Below, piece by piece: positions 40,970 to 50,758 of a stretch of 64,000 nt of DNA (its first letter is position 1; each line of letters opens with the position of its first letter). Source of the stretch: a candidate division FCPU426 bacterium. Its GTDB lineage: Bacteria; Oederibacteriota; PGYV01; Palsa-1178. Made by a program: the position numbers and the translations under genes. Below the pieces are notes generated by a model that did no database searches, was not told where the DNA came from, and worked only from the letters and a program-made list of their open reading frames with translations. Location of the stretch: assembly GCA_963840035.1 (NCBI GenBank), contig CAWIXE010000002.1, positions 1,408,001-1,472,000 of the forward strand. The letters are read 5' to 3'.

Positions 40970-41074
40970 GCTTATTTTCCTCCGCGCCGTTTCAATTCAT
41001 CTTTATAAATTATATCATAATACACCTCCTTTTACTATAAATAACCGTTTAATCAGACAAAACAGGCGCTAAAC

Positions 41075-41284
41075 TCAATAAGATATGTGGCTTAACGGAT
41101 TGTTTTTGTCGCGCCTGTCTCCCCTGATCCTTCTATCCCCTGTACGTCCTTCATCGAGGGCGGATTCCGCGTTCTTTTCATCAATACTTTTCGCGGCGCT
41201 GTTTAAATAACCCAGCCATCTGCGGTCTCCTTCCCTGCGGTCTTTACCTGTCCTTCTGTCATTGTAAGCGGACATATAATTCAC
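41075..41284 (-). CDS. Small protein with repeated DRR motifs
   Basis: NDRRTGKDRREGDRR and GRTGDRRIRGDRRD; AAGGCG before GTG. Confidence 0.7.
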   Translation of the reverse strand: MNYMSAYNDRRTGKDRREGDRRWLGYLNSAAKSIDEKNAESALDEGRTGDRRIRGDRRDKNNPLSHISY

Positions 41285-41303
41285 CGCCTTTCATATAAAC
41301 TTC

Positions 41304-41468
41304 TTAATGATGCCCTGACATGCGTTTTTCTTCTATTCTTTTCAAATGCTCATGTTCCCTGATGTACGATTGCGGCTTTAAACCCACCCTCCTGCGCTGC
41401 ATCCTCAAAACCATTTCCAAATCCCTGCTGTTTTTTAAGTGAACTTCATTTTCGTTTTCCCGCCTCAT
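41304..41468 (-). CDS. Unlisted 54-aa small protein
   Basis: Manual translation MRRENENEVHLKNSRDLEMVLRMQRRRVGLKPQSYIREHEHLKRIEEKRMSGHH; AAGGAGG RBS; alternative GTG start at 41474. Confidence 0.65.
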   Translation of the reverse strand: MRRENENEVHLKNSRDLEMVLRMQRRRVGLKPQSYIREHEHLKRIEEKRMSGHH

Positions 41469-41550
41469 TTTCACCGCCTCCTTATTCTGTTCTCAGTATA
41501 AGCATACACAAGGGAAAACGGTTTAGTCAATGTGACAAAGAACTTATAAA

Positions 41551-41610
41551 AAGGTAAAGGGTACAAGGTGCAAGGTACAGATGTTACCTGTACCCTGAAC
41601 CCTGTACCCA
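41551..41610. repeat. Inverted heptamer-repeat hairpin (aaggtac / gtaccct)
   Basis: aagggtacaaggtgcaaggtacag ... ctgtaccctgaaccctgtaccc. Confidence 0.75.
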
Positions 41611-41622
41611 ATTCCCCTTACG

Positions 41623-43469
41623 CTATGATGTTTTTTCAGCTTTTGGCAGCGTAAAATAGAACGAGCTGCCTTTTCCTTCTTTTCCTTCTGATTCCACCCA
41701 TATCCTGCCGCCGTATTTTTCAACGATTCTTGAGCATATGGCAAGGCCAAGACCGCTTCCTTCGTACTGGTCTTTTGGATGCAGCTGCTCGAACAGCTCA
41801 AATATCTTTTTTCTGTACTTATCCTCCACCCCGATGCCGTTGTCCTTTACCACGCAAGTTTTCTCCCCGCCTTTATCCACGCAATAAACCTCAATGGCCG
41901 GAGGCAGTACACTTTTATATTTTATGGAATTAATGAGCAGGTTTTGAAATAAAAGGGTAAAATCCTCAAAATTCCAGCACACCTGGCAATCATCAGGTAT
42001 CAGTATCTTAAGGCTTACTTTCTGTTCATCAATCCTGTCTTTCAGGTTAGACGCGGCGAGCAAGGCTGCGTCCTTGAGCTTAAACGGCTTTTGTTCGCAG
42101 TCTTTTTTGCTTATAAAAGTGTAGTTTTTTATGGCATCAAGAAGGGCGAACATTCTTTCAGCGCCCTGTATGATATACTCCACCTGGGCGCTGTCAGCGT
42201 CTGTAATGCCCCGTTTATTCATGTCGCGCTGGATTAGCTGCGCGTTTATCCTTATTTGCCTTAATGGCTCCTTAAGGTCATGCGACGCCGCGAAAGAAAA
42301 ATATTTAAGCTCTTCATTCGCCTTCAGCAGGTCGGACATATGGACCTGCAGCTTTTTTCAGCCATTTTTCTTGTCCTGACATTGATATAAAGCAGAAGAA
42401 TGATAAGGGTCTGCACAAGCAACAGCATTACGGATATTACGATGACTTTGTAATGGAGCCGGAAGAACGATTCATCTTCGTTAACTATTTTAACTAATGG
42501 CGGGACATTTTTTCTGGGTATGCCAAAACGCTTAAGTATTTTATTGTCAACCCAGGACTTATTGCTTAGTTCTTTAATTTTCGGGATGCCCGTTATTCCA
42601 TCTTTTTTTACGATTTCAATGGCTGTATCTGCAGCATACTGGCCGTGTTCATACCCGTCGCGTAAAACTCCGCCGATTGCCCCGTACCCGAGTTCATCTG
42701 TTTTTGTCACATATACCGGGGACTTAGAATACTGGCACGTGGCTGAAAGGACATGCGTGTTATTCATGGATTTTCCGGCCTTATCGATCATAAACCCCCG
42801 ATACAAAAAAATCTGCCCGGGAGGAACTTTTTTTACAGCGCTAAAATATTCGTCAAAAGTCAGCCCTAACCCCGCATCCATAAAAATAAATTTAAGTTTT
42901 CCCGCGTAATCGGGCTCAATTTTTTTCAGCTCCTCGTAGCTCAAGCTGTTATTAAAAGTACCGTCTGTGGCTATGTATAATTCCTTAGCGTCAGGCTGAA
43001 GCCTCATAGCGAAATCAATTGTGCCTCTGAGTTCAACCTTTTCATATGCCCCCACCATATTCGGTATCTTATTTAGTTCGTCGTATGTAAAATCAGAAAC
43101 CCCGCAAAAAACAATCGGAATCCCTGAAAAAAGCCGGCCCCTTTCGGCAATTACAAGTTTCAGGGCCGGGTCATCAAGCGCTATGACCGCGCTGAAATTC
43201 AAGCCTTTAAACTTTTTCCCGATTAACGTCTCAAAATCCTTCCTGAACGCCTTCCCCGTCCTTTTGTCATCCATGTATTCCAGGTAAATTTCAGCCTGCG
43301 GGTTGTATTTTTCAAAAACATCATTCACAGCCTTGGTTTCAAGGTCAGACCAGGGGTATCCAAAATGATATGAATTTATTATAAGGAAGTTCTGCTGTTC
43401 TACGGCGGAGAGTTTAAAAGACAAAAGGGCAAGAATCAAACAACAAATTAATAACTTTATTGTTTTCAT
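41623..43469 (-). pseudogene. Sensor histidine kinase (periplasmic ABC-substrate-binding-like sensor + TM + HisKA/HATPase) split by a 1-nt frameshift in an A6 run at 42353-42358
   Basis: ORF 42324-43469 is sensor plus TM; ORF 41623-42339 has ASHDLKEPLR, NLLINSIKY, DNGIG, GSGLGLAI. One extra A gives continuous RKMAEKKLQVHMSDLLKANEEL. Confidence 0.8.
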
Positions 43470-43507
43470 CCTGCCCCCTTTTATGCGTATATTTTAACCT
43501 TTACTTT

Positions 43508-43945
43508 TTAAAAAGGTGATTCCTCGTCTTTTTTGGAATAATCAGTCGTATCCTCAATATTTACCGTCTTTTGTGCCGGAGCCGCGCCGTCTTTCCTCGG
43601 CCCTATGTTCCTGGTTCCCTTGCAATCCGGGTATTTTACGCAGCTTAAGAAATCGCCGTTAGGCCCGGACTTGATTTTCATGTCAGAGCCGCACTTCGGG
43701 CATACTTCCTTGTAATCTTTTGTCTGCTTGCATTCCGGATATTTGGAGCAGGAATAAAACCTGCCCTTCTTTCCGTTTTTCAGGACCATCATTGACCCGC
43801 ATGCCGGGCATTTTTCCTGTTCGCCTTCGTAATTCGCGGTGCCTTTGCATTTTGGAAATGTCGAACATCCGTAGAATTTCCCCTTATAACCTTCCCTTAA
43901 AACCATATCAGCCCCGCATGTCGGGCATTTCGGCGCGTCTGCCAT
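43508..43945 (-). CDS. Stand-alone topoisomerase-type C4 zinc-finger protein (3 repeats)
   Basis: Three CP.CG..M......G.F..C..YP.C units; AAGGAGG RBS before ATG 43945. Confidence 0.9.
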   Translation of the reverse strand: MADAPKCPTCGADMVLREGYKGKFYGCSTFPKCKGTANYEGEQEKCPACGSMMVLKNGKKGRFYSCSKYPECKQTKDYKEVCPKCGSDMKIKSGPNGDFLSCVKYPDCKGTRNIGPRKDGAAPAQKTVNIEDTTDYSKKDEESPF

Positions 43946-44015
43946 GTAATGTTCCTCCTTGAAATTGTATTTTAACCAGTATAACAAATACACAAAAAAA
44001 TGAAAGGCTTAAAGT

Positions 44016-44053
44016 AAAAAAAGCGGGCCCCTGCTTTTACAGGGGCCCGCTTT
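44016..44053 (-). terminator. Intrinsic terminator
   Basis: aaagcgggcccctg...caggggcccgcttt with an A-tract. Confidence 0.85.
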
Positions 44054-44075
44054 GAAACATTTATTTTATCGGGGA

Positions 44076-45005
44076 TTAGTTGTTGTGCTTGTTGCCGGTC
44101 CTCTGCCCGTTATTATCCTTTTCCTTGTCCTTGCCATGCCCTTTTTTTGCATTTTCACGCGCGCTGTTATCATCCTTGAACAGGTCCCGGCCTTTTTCCT
44201 TATTATTTGTATAGTTCTCATCACCTGTCGTATCCATCTGCGCTTTTTTACCCTGTTGCCCATAATTTCCATCTTTTCCCTGACGGTAATTTTCCACATT
44301 CTTACCCTGACGGCCGTCATTACCGTCTCTGCCATTGCGTTCCTCATAGCCCCATCTGCCGTTATTGTATTTATTATTATCCCTCGACCACTCTTTTGAC
44401 CTGTTCCTGTACCATGACCTGTCATGGCCGTAGTTTTTGCGGAATTTTACCTTAACATCATCATGTATGTTTATGAACGTTTTTCCGCCTTCACGCAGTT
44501 TTATGACCTCTTCCGGGGCATAGTTGTAATACTCAGATGTGAACTTAAGGTTGACGCAATTTACCACGTCATCATCTGAAAGCACTATTTTCTTCCAGCG
44601 TTTTTTAGGCGCGCTGTAGAACTTGTATACGTTTCCATATGCCCTGCCGGTTACCTGTCCATTTACAGGAACATAAAAAACATCCGGGCTGAGCTTGTAA
44701 AACGACGCTATCTGCCACCAGCTCCTGCCTCCGAGCCTCATCTTCACTATTATTTCCGGCGCTACGTTGGCTGACTTTGCCAGAAACAGCACAACCGGCA
44801 GGTGTTCATCAGGTATCCCGCTTTTTACTATGGTTACAACTTCCTTTTCCGGTATCTGATTGTAATCGCTTACATCCATATAAAACCCGTTTGCGCCGGT
44901 GCTTGACGCTGAAAAGCCGAAATTAAACGCCGCGTTTGCCTGTACAGCCGGAAATAAAACAATTATCGATAATACCAAAGCCGTTAAAACCGCATTTTTC
45001 TTCAT
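44076..45005 (-). CDS. Secreted hypothetical protein with low-complexity Asn/Gly/Lys/Arg tail
   Basis: Signal peptide ending ANA; globular N-terminal half; disordered tail. Confidence 0.75.
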   Translation of the reverse strand: MKKNAVLTALVLSIIVLFPAVQANAAFNFGFSASSTGANGFYMDVSDYNQIPEKEVVTIVKSGIPDEHLPVVLFLAKSANVAPEIIVKMRLGGRSWWQIASFYKLSPDVFYVPVNGQVTGRAYGNVYKFYSAPKKRWKKIVLSDDDVVNCVNLKFTSEYYNYAPEEVIKLREGGKTFINIHDDVKVKFRKNYGHDRSWYRNRSKEWSRDNNKYNNGRWGYEERNGRDGNDGRQGKNVENYRQGKDGNYGQQGKKAQMDTTGDENYTNNKEKGRDLFKDDNSARENAKKGHGKDKEKDNNGQRTGNKHNN

Positions 45006-45039
45006 GTGTTCCTCCTTTTCAAATTTTACTTACGAATAT

Positions 45040-45069
45040 TAGACGAATGACGTCATATTAAAGTTTACA
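45040..45069 (-). promoter_or_regulatory. Putative ECF-sigma promoter
   Basis: TGTAAAC-N17-CGTCTA upstream of the 45005 start. Confidence 0.6.
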
Positions 45070-45120
45070 GCAATATCATCCTGGGCCGTTGATTCATATT
45101 GGTGTAAGGACAGGATTCCC

Positions 45121-46146
45121 CTACTTCTTATTAAAAACCGTACCCCATTTTTCATCCCTTTCGGAATAAAATTCAAAACCCAGGTTAAGATTGATTGACC
45201 CGAGGGAATCAGACAGAATTATGTATTCGGCAGATGCGGTAACAGCCGCAAAATCCCACGCAAAATACTTCGCGCCGAGTTCAGCGCATACCCCCGGTAT
45301 ATACGAATTATTCTTCATTGATGATTTAGCTATCATGCCTTTGAGGCCGATAAACGGCCTTACCTGTGTTTCAAAAGGTTCATATACCGCGCCTAAGGCA
45401 AACTGCCCGAAATCCGAGACAAAAACCCCGCCGTTAAAAAGCCGGTAAACCCCGCCTTCAGCGGTAAACCCGAATCCATTTTCCAGCAGTGCCAATCCGC
45501 CCACCCTGCCTGCCACATGAGTAAGGTTTGACTCTCCCTTTACGCTTAAAGAACCTGTTGGGCTGCCTATTCCGCTGACAAGTGTAAATCCGATCATTTT
45601 CTTCCTGTCATTCTTTTCCTGTACCGGTGCCGGAGCCTGCGTCGGGACAGCCGTAGGCTGGGGCAAAACATCCGGAACAACAGTTGCCGTAGGCTGTGAT
45701 GAACTCAGGATTATTTTCTCGCCTTCAAATTCTATTTCCACACGCCTGTTTTTGGCGTATCCTGTTTCCGTTTTATCCGTATCAATTGGCTTTTCAGGGC
45801 CGAATCCGGAAGTCTGTATGTTTGCCGAGGGGATTGAAATTGTCCGTAAAAAGTAATTTTTTACGGCATCCGCCCTTTTTGCAGAAAGATCCTTATTGTA
45901 CGCCGCGGACCCGCGCGAATCTGTAAAGCCGCTTATTTTTATAATTATCTTTGGGTTAATAGAGTATTTTTCAAGGAGTTTTTTTCCGACAATGTCCAGC
46001 GCCCCGTATGATTCGGGTTTTATCACGGCTTTTCCAGTGTCAAAATTAACCTCAGCCGATTCCGCGATTATGAAGGCCGGGATAAAAGTGAAAACACACA
46101 TCACAAAAACAACTCTGAGGCATTTTAAAATCAATGAGATTTTCAT
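45121..46146 (-). CDS. OmpA-C-like peptidoglycan-binding domain plus C-terminal beta-barrel
   Basis: VNFDTGKA, GFTDSRGS..YN.DLS.KRA.AV, NRRVEI; Pro/Thr linker; beta-strand domain. Confidence 0.85.
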   Translation of the reverse strand: MKISLILKCLRVVFVMCVFTFIPAFIIAESAEVNFDTGKAVIKPESYGALDIVGKKLLEKYSINPKIIIKISGFTDSRGSAAYNKDLSAKRADAVKNYFLRTISIPSANIQTSGFGPEKPIDTDKTETGYAKNRRVEIEFEGEKIILSSSQPTATVVPDVLPQPTAVPTQAPAPVQEKNDRKKMIGFTLVSGIGSPTGSLSVKGESNLTHVAGRVGGLALLENGFGFTAEGGVYRLFNGGVFVSDFGQFALGAVYEPFETQVRPFIGLKGMIAKSSMKNNSYIPGVCAELGAKYFAWDFAAVTASAEYIILSDSLGSINLNLGFEFYSERDEKWGTVFNKK

Positions 46147-46210
46147 GGATTGATTATATCACATAACCCTCAACTTTTCCCGGAGTTTTACTTCACGCGC
46201 CGGATAATGA

Positions 46211-46241
46211 CAAAGGCCGCGGCTTGACACCGCGGCCTTTG
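46211..46241 (-). terminator. Hairpin, probable terminator
   Basis: caaaggccgcgg...ccgcggcctttg. Confidence 0.65.
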
Positions 46242-46285
46242 TGCGCCTTAAATTGAAAATCTAAAATTCAAAATTTAGAATTAAT

Positions 46286-48214
46286 CTACCATCCGAGGCC
46301 GCCCGCAATATTCGCATCCATCCATGTTTTAAGCGCGTTTGCGACCTTAGTATGCGCTGAAACTATCGGGTGCGTATTGTCGCCTGCGTAATCCGACGCG
46401 GGCAGCGGGAAATCGCTGTTAATGGGCGGGTTGTTGAAATTAACATATTTTATCTTGGGGTCACCCTTGGCTGCGACTACATTTGAAATGTATGTCCCCG
46501 CCAGCGCCGGCACCCACGTGGAATAAACCTGGGGAATTGGCTGGGTGCATAAAATATACGCATTTGGATAGTACCCTCTAAGCGTTGTAAGAAAAGCCGA
46601 ATACGTGCTCTCAAAAGCTGTCTGGTCAGGTACCGACGGGCTTAAGGTCGGGTCAAAATCATTGGTCCCGAGCGCTATGACTACAACATCAGCCTGCCAT
46701 GTGGCGAAATTCCATTGCGGCGAGCTGCCTGTCGGAGCGGCTTCCCATTTAACCAATGAGTAAACATCAGGCATGGTTATGAAAGGAGAACATGGCTTGC
46801 AGTTCCTGTATATGCCGATTCCGCCCCTTGATATAGTGCGGTAATCAGCGTTATACATGCGTGCAAGCTGCGGCCCGAAAGCCTGATCCCCGTTCTGCAT
46901 GCAGCCGCCCCACATGCAATCCGGCGTGGGAACAGCCAGGTTGTATTCATTGGACGAACCGCATGTTATTGAATCGCCTATGAACTCCATCTTCCTTGTA
47001 GGCGGCGTATATACCGGCGCTGTCATGGTCTTGCCTGTATCAAGTCCAAAACCCTTGAAACCTATGGAACCTCCGGCCGCGTCTGTCCTGCGCACTATCA
47101 TGATTGTGTGGTTAGTATCCGCAAGGCCCTTGATTACGTAAACTGTCTGGGTCGGGACCGGCGTAAGCGGGTCTGACTGGTCGCTCACCCTGAATTTGAT
47201 AAAACTGGAATGATCCGCTATGTTGCCGTCTATGGCATAAGCCAGCCACTGGTCCCATGCGGTAAAATTAAGCGCTATGGAGGTCCCGTTAAATCCTGCG
47301 ACCATGTAAGTGGTACCCCATCCGTTGCTTGGCTGCGACGGAGTTGTCAGGTCCCATCTTCCGTAATACTGCACATTTGAACCCATTGCGGCGGGACTGA
47401 TAGGCGTGCTTATGGTTGTCTGCGTCATTGTGATTGTAGGCGAAACGCTGTGCGTCGGCGTAATAGTTTCAGTAGGCCCGCCCGGCGTCCTTGAAACCGT
47501 GAATGTCGGGGAGACTGTCCATGTCTTAGTGTAAGTCGGCGTCACTGTCGGCGCCAAAGATATTACTTCCAGTGAATCCATATATACATAACCTGTATAC
47601 GTTGTGGCAGGTATGAAACACAACGCGATTTTAGTGACATTAGTAATATCCGGGGTCCCGTTGGTGTAATCGGGATTTGCTGACTCATATAAAAGTTCAT
47701 TCCAGCTTCCGGTGTTATAACTTTTCCACAATCCCCGCTGGTACGCGGAACCCGCTCCGCTCTGAATAAATATGAACGCGACACCCGCCGGAAAGTCAGC
47801 CGGTATCCACACCCTCAATTTAAGGTTCTTTCCTGTAAGATTTGTAATAAGCGGCGTAGTGTTTTCCACGCCGTTGTTTGCGCCGGCAGTAAATGACCCG
47901 GATATTTGAAGGGAATGAGTTCCAAGGTATGCCATGGCTGTAGAATTAGCCGTGGCTGAAGTTCCGCCAAACTTTCCATTCCAACCCATTATAGTACCGT
48001 CTTCAAATGGATATAAGGTCAGGTCAGCAGGTGCTGAGGTGAAAGTTGGCGTGGCTGTATTAGTCGGTGAATAAGTAATAGTCCCTATTGCCTGTGTAAG
48101 AGTAGCGGTCGGAAAATCACCAGGAGCAAGCATGACATCCTTTTTTTTCGCGCATGAAAGCGCAAATACAAAGAGCATAATAACCATTAATGCTGAAACA
48201 ATGATTTTTTTCAT
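46286..48214 (-). CDS. Lipoprotein: CBM-like domain, Thr-rich linkers, SGNH/GDSL (CE2-like) esterase
   Basis: Lipobox ALS-C; VQYYGRW, MEFIGDSITCG, ALGTND, DNTHP motifs. Confidence 0.85.
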   Translation of the reverse strand: MKKIIVSALMVIMLFVFALSCAKKKDVMLAPGDFPTATLTQAIGTITYSPTNTATPTFTSAPADLTLYPFEDGTIMGWNGKFGGTSATANSTAMAYLGTHSLQISGSFTAGANNGVENTTPLITNLTGKNLKLRVWIPADFPAGVAFIFIQSGAGSAYQRGLWKSYNTGSWNELLYESANPDYTNGTPDITNVTKIALCFIPATTYTGYVYMDSLEVISLAPTVTPTYTKTWTVSPTFTVSRTPGGPTETITPTHSVSPTITMTQTTISTPISPAAMGSNVQYYGRWDLTTPSQPSNGWGTTYMVAGFNGTSIALNFTAWDQWLAYAIDGNIADHSSFIKFRVSDQSDPLTPVPTQTVYVIKGLADTNHTIMIVRRTDAAGGSIGFKGFGLDTGKTMTAPVYTPPTRKMEFIGDSITCGSSNEYNLAVPTPDCMWGGCMQNGDQAFGPQLARMYNADYRTISRGGIGIYRNCKPCSPFITMPDVYSLVKWEAAPTGSSPQWNFATWQADVVVIALGTNDFDPTLSPSVPDQTAFESTYSAFLTTLRGYYPNAYILCTQPIPQVYSTWVPALAGTYISNVVAAKGDPKIKYVNFNNPPINSDFPLPASDYAGDNTHPIVSAHTKVANALKTWMDANIAGGLGW

Positions 48215-48341
48215 ATATACCTCCCGTTTTAAGAAAGCGCTTTAGTAATAACTTATTATGCCATTACCATAAGATTTAGTCAAGATTTTTGACGTGAAAA
48301 CAGGCTTATTTTGATGAAACGATTAATCAAAGTCCCTTGTT

Positions 48342-49430
48342 CTATTCGGCGGGAGGTATGCCCTGGTCCTGACGGATGCACTCCACCGCCTTCACCGGAA
48401 CTTCCAGCATCCTGGCCCTGGTTGTTATAAGTTTGTCGTATGAAACGCGTGTTTTTTCAATATTATCGCCAAGCTCCGCGAATTGAGACTTATATTCTTC
48501 CCACTGTTTGGCAAACTTGCCCAGCTGTGAGAGTATCTCCCTGGAGGCCTTATCCATCCTGAAGTTGTCCGCAGCCTGCCTTATAACAGATACAAAGGCA
48601 TACAGGGTAAAAGGCGAGCAGACAACCACCTTCATCTTAAGGGCATCATCCATAAAGACCGCGTCATGCTCATTAATAAAACTAAAAACCTGCTCATTGG
48701 AAATGAACATTACCGCGTAATCAAGCGTGCCGTTATCCGGGTCTATGTAATCCTTCTTGCCTGTCTCCTTGAGCCTGCCTCTTGCGTCCTGCAGGAACTT
48801 TTTTATGTGGATCTCCTTCTCAGCCGGCGACTTCGCCTCTATGCAGGCTTTATAATTTGAAAGCGGGAATTTACAGTCCATATTGACCTTAAGCCCGTTG
48901 GGAAGGTTAAAGGTGTAATCCGGCCTTCCTGCTTCCGTGGATTCCTGCTGAGAGTAATTAATGCCCTCGCGGAGCCCCGCCAGGTCCAGAATGTCCTTTG
49001 CCATCCTCTGGCCCCACTCGCCCCTCTTTTGCCCGGAACCAAGCATCTCATTGAGTTTGTTTGTTGAAGCGCTCAGGTCCTTTATGACCTGCGCCGCGTT
49101 ATCAAGCCTGCCCGACACGCCTTCCATCTTTTCACCGCTTTTTCCCGCAAAATCCTTAACCGTCGCCTCAACTTTCAGCAATTCCCTGTTTATCTCATCC
49201 AGCCGCTGGTCAATTAACTGTTTTTTCTTGTCGAGTTCGCTTTCTATAAGTTCTTTCTTTTTATCAAGGTCCTGCCCGCCGAGCTCTTTTTGCTGCTTTA
49301 AAACATCCATGGCGACGCCGGCAAAAGTGGTTTTCATATCCTCTTTGTTGACCGCTTCAGATTTTTTAGTCAGGATCATCACCTGCAATGCCAGTATGGC
49401 AAGGGCCAGCGCTATTATCGCGTACATCAT
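48342..49430 (-). CDS. rmuC: DNA recombination protein RmuC
   Basis: TM plus coiled coil; RGEWGQ, RPD...LP, DCKFPL..Y, TLDYAVMF, SPFTL. Confidence 0.9.
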   Translation of the reverse strand: MMYAIIALALAILALQVMILTKKSEAVNKEDMKTTFAGVAMDVLKQQKELGGQDLDKKKELIESELDKKKQLIDQRLDEINRELLKVEATVKDFAGKSGEKMEGVSGRLDNAAQVIKDLSASTNKLNEMLGSGQKRGEWGQRMAKDILDLAGLREGINYSQQESTEAGRPDYTFNLPNGLKVNMDCKFPLSNYKACIEAKSPAEKEIHIKKFLQDARGRLKETGKKDYIDPDNGTLDYAVMFISNEQVFSFINEHDAVFMDDALKMKVVVCSPFTLYAFVSVIRQAADNFRMDKASREILSQLGKFAKQWEEYKSQFAELGDNIEKTRVSYDKLITTRARMLEVPVKAVECIRQDQGIPPAE

Positions 49431-49563
49431 ATTAAACCTCCGTTATGTTTTTTATAATTATATCATGATACCGTCTTTTTTCTATGCTATAATTATTTAT
49501 AAGGCAACATACAAAAAAGGCTAAAACGGCTCTGCCGTTCGTCTAATACTTTAGGAGGTATTC

Positions 49564-50259
49564 ATGAAAATAAAAATTCTATTATTAACGCTGGCCGCAC
49601 TGGTCCTTACATCCTGCGTGCGTTCATACCGCATTTCCATCGACTCCATAAACGACCGGTCAGCGCAGCCGGGCAAGACTTTCATCGTGGTCCCGGGAAA
49701 CAAAGACACTTCAGCCGGCGACCTTCAGTTTAAAGAATTCGCATATTACCTTGTAAAGGCGCTGGATCCGCAGGGATACAGGCTTTCCGAGGATCAAAAG
49801 ACCGCGGATATTGAGATTTACCTTTCATACGGCGTCGGTGACCCTGAAAAGCACACGTATTCCTATTATGAGCCTGTCTGGGGCCAGACCGGAATGCAGA
49901 TTTACACGCGCACCGATAACGTAACAAACTCGGACAGCACCACTTCTCAGTATTCATCTACATATGTTGAACCGCAGTACGGGGTTACCGGCTATACAAC
50001 GCAGACCGGCGAAGTAACTCTATATAAGAAATACGCAATTATCGACGCGTACGATATTAAAAACGGGAGTAAAGGCACGAAGTTAAAGCAGGTGTGGAAA
50101 ACCTCGGTATCTTCATCGGGCCAGACAAAGGACCTGCGAAAAACATTTCCCTTCCTGATGGCCGGCGCCGCGCAGTACGCGGGAAGCAATACCGGCGAGG
50201 AAATAAATGTTGTTATAGGGGAAGATTCTGAAACGGTAAAGGCAATTAAAGGGAAATAA
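49564..50259 (+). CDS. Lipoprotein (DUF4136-like)
   Basis: Lipobox LTS-C; AGGAGG RBS. Confidence 0.7.
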   Translation: MKIKILLLTLAALVLTSCVRSYRISIDSINDRSAQPGKTFIVVPGNKDTSAGDLQFKEFAYYLVKALDPQGYRLSEDQKTADIEIYLSYGVGDPEKHTYSYYEPVWGQTGMQIYTRTDNVTNSDSTTSQYSSTYVEPQYGVTGYTTQTGEVTLYKKYAIIDAYDIKNGSKGTKLKQVWKTSVSSSGQTKDLRKTFPFLMAGAAQYAGSNTGEEINVVIGEDSETVKAIKGK

Positions 50260-50386
50260 TAATTACTAATGACTAATTACTAAGTTACAAATTTTCGTCT
50301 ATTGCTGCGGGCTTTGCCCTTGCAATATTATAATAAAAAGCGATCACGCACTTTATTTGTAATTAGTCATTAGTAATTAGTAATTT
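50260..50386. repeat. Inverted heptamer-repeat hairpin (ctaatta / taattag)
   Basis: aattactaatgactaattactaagttacaaa ... tttgtaattagtcattagtaattagtaatt. Confidence 0.85.
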
Positions 50387-50398
50387 GATTTATTAAAG

Positions 50399-50695
50399 TC
50401 ACTCTTTAGTGTGAGATCTTTTCTGATAAATATAAATCCCGGTTCCGTCAGGCGTGTGCGGCGCTTCTCCGTCATAGCCCATCATAAGCAGTTTGTCTAT
50501 GATCCTCCCGCCTTCCGTCGTATCCACGCAGTAATTAAACATCCACATATCCGTCTTGCGGTCAACGTTATGGACTTTAAACAACTGCTTTTCAGGGTCT
50601 TTTGAAATGCCTATATACCAGTTCCCTTTAGCCCCGCCTTTTGAAGCGGTATATTTTACGATATGCTCAATCATTTCTCTTTCATCTTTAGCCAT
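50399..50695 (-). CDS. Hypothetical protein
   Basis: 98-aa ORF with GGGAGA RBS; WYIGIS.DP...LF..HNV motif. Confidence 0.7.
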   Translation of the reverse strand: MAKDEREMIEHIVKYTASKGGAKGNWYIGISKDPEKQLFKVHNVDRKTDMWMFNYCVDTTEGGRIIDKLLMMGYDGEAPHTPDGTGIYIYQKRSHTKE

Positions 50696-50709
50696 GTAAC
50701 TCTCCCCCG

Positions 50710-50732
50710 CGCAACCTGAAGGTTGCGGCTAC
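50710..50732. repeat. GTAG-REP family A, singlet
   Basis: cgcaacctgaaggttgcggctac. Confidence 0.85.
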
Positions 50733-50758
50733 CAGCGTCAATCTAGAATCCAGAATTG

